43,102 nt of DNA from Candidatus Kaiserbacteria bacterium (GTDB lineage Bacteria > Patescibacteriota > Minisyncoccia > Phycocordibacterales > Phycocordibacteraceae). A program made the position numbers and the translations under genes. The notes below the pieces were generated by a model, which saw only the letters and a list, made by a program, of their open reading frames with translations, was not told the origin of the DNA and did no database searches. The stretch spans positions 1-43,102 of the forward strand of contig JAHFMN010000004.1 of the NCBI GenBank assembly GCA_023264445.1. The letters run 5' to 3'. Of this stretch, positions 42,238 to 43,102 are shown piece after piece (within the stretch, counting starts at the first letter, position 1; the number at the start of each line of letters is the position of its first letter).

Positions 42238-42468
42238 ATAAAGATATTAGCATATTTTAATATTACTATGCAAGTATGCGGGAGTTAGCTCTGTTTTTAA
42301 TTTCTCCTAATAACACCGGGGTTAGTTGCGCACACACGAGGGGGTGTCAAATGGTGGGGTATCAAATAAAATACCTATCTGAGTGACAGTTTTCAATATT
42401 TTTATGGATGTCCAATTTACTAACTTCGAACTCCAAAAGTCGGTAGCAAGGGCTCAAAAACCCTTACC

Positions 42469-42651
42469 GTGACCAAGGTTCAAGGTTGCCAATTTGGCGG
42501 TGACGATTGGCGGAACTTTGAACCGATTTCACGGCCTAGAACAACGGTTTCCTTCAATCGTATAGATAGAATTGTACGGGAATTACGCCGAATTCACAAG
42601 GAAAATCCGGCCTATTTTGACGTTCCGGCTTTTGCACAGAAGGTCTACTAG
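42469..42651 (+). CDS. Small hypothetical protein or gene remnant (60 aa, GTG start)
   Basis: Protein-level homology to 41116-41280 continues upstream of the DNA repeat (GDD, EPI, R[IV]D[RK]IVR[ED]LRRI). Confidence 0.45.
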   Translation: MTKVQGCQFGGDDWRNFEPISRPRTTVSFNRIDRIVRELRRIHKENPAYFDVPAFAQKVY

Positions 42652-42700
42652 GACCGGATTTCCGCAAGCTTTAGCGATTATTCCTCCCCTCGGGCATCCT
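42596..42700. repeat. Direct repeat copy 2 (105 bp)
   Basis: Matches 41225-41329; offset 1371 bp. Confidence 0.95.
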
Positions 42701-42887
42701 CGATCAATCTCTGTTCTTTGAGGTATCGGGTTACCGAATACCACCCAGCATTGATCACCGGGATCAATAATGCCCAACGAGGGTCATTCTCGGCATAGGC
42801 GATCAGTATCGGCAGGATTGCTGATACTGCGGAGTAAAAGAACACGATCGCAAGGTGCTTCAGGGCTTCTTTTTGTGGTGTTGTCAT
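42678..42887 (-). CDS. Holin-like two-TM small protein
   Basis: 69 aa, two hydrophobic helices and a charged C-terminus; starts 5 nt after the amidase stop. Confidence 0.6.
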   Translation of the reverse strand: MTTPQKEALKHLAIVFFYSAVSAILPILIAYAENDPRWALLIPVINAGWYSVTRYLKEQRLIEDARGEE

Positions 42888-42892
42888 AGTGG

Positions 42893-43102
42893 TTAAAATG
42901 CTCGCTTAATAATTGCCAATCCTTCCTCGATTTTCCTCACACCGTCCTCGATAGAGGGATTGGTCGTCTGTTGGCCGGCAAGAGCTACCAGTTCGTCGAG
43001 AATCTGTTTGTTGCTTGCCGGACAGTTTGGTTTCTTTGAGAAGATCTCAAAGTGGCCAACGATGTGATTCCGGTCGATTGGAATCTGCCATCGCTGGCAA
43101 AT
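42893..43102 (-). CDS. 3' end of an N-acetylmuramoyl-L-alanine amidase (Amidase_2, endolysin-like); 5' part lies outside the window
   Basis: Manual translation ICQRWQIPIDRNHIVGHFEIFSKKPNCPASNKQ...IIKRAF*. The I..GH.E...K.CP pattern is the Amidase_2/PGRP C-terminal Zn/catalytic motif. Confidence 0.75.
   Translation of the reverse strand: MCQRWQIPIDRNHIVGHFEIFSKKPNCPASNKQILDELVALAGQQTTNPSIEDGVRKIEEGLAIIKRAF

Larger units (their letters stand above)
42678..43102 (-). mobile_element. Probable edge of a prophage (lysis module)
   Basis: Amidase plus holin-like pair, adjacent direct repeats and AT-rich flanks. No integrase or structural gene is visible in the window. Confidence 0.5.

Overview
This 43 kb window looks like a chromosome segment of a Patescibacteria/CPR bacterium, probably Parcubacteria. 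That is inferred from gene style: short EF-Ts, editing-less ThrRS, split transketolase, class I aldolase, Cys-free L31/L32, many secreted low-complexity proteins, and TGA used as stop. Core genes are rnc, nusB, rpmF, rnhB, dnaE, thrS, gyrB, a PheRS, tRNA-Thr, tsf, rpsB, prfA, rpmE, rplY and a glycolysis/pentose-phosphate block (fba, PfkB kinase, two-part transketolase, rpe, rpiB, gap). The top finding is a compact RiPP-like cluster at about 25.8-32.6 kb. It has a membrane-targeted precursor with a 45-aa core (9 Cys, 12 Ser, 4 Thr), two YcaO proteins with C-terminal PHPF motifs, two SagB-type dehydrogenases, an Stf0-family sulfotransferase and a TPR protein. Other notable items: a single-chain mitochondrial-type PheRS; a sortase near a surface protein with an internal IPYTG motif and a long cytoplasmic tail; two tandem small paralogues sharing four Cys; widespread -10 boxes 6-9 nt upstream of ATG, suggesting leaderless mRNAs; several long palindromes; and at the right edge an amidase plus holin-like lysis pair next to a 105-bp direct repeat bracketing an ArsR/FMN-reductase cassette. 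All calls come from motif recognition by eye; no database searches were run.
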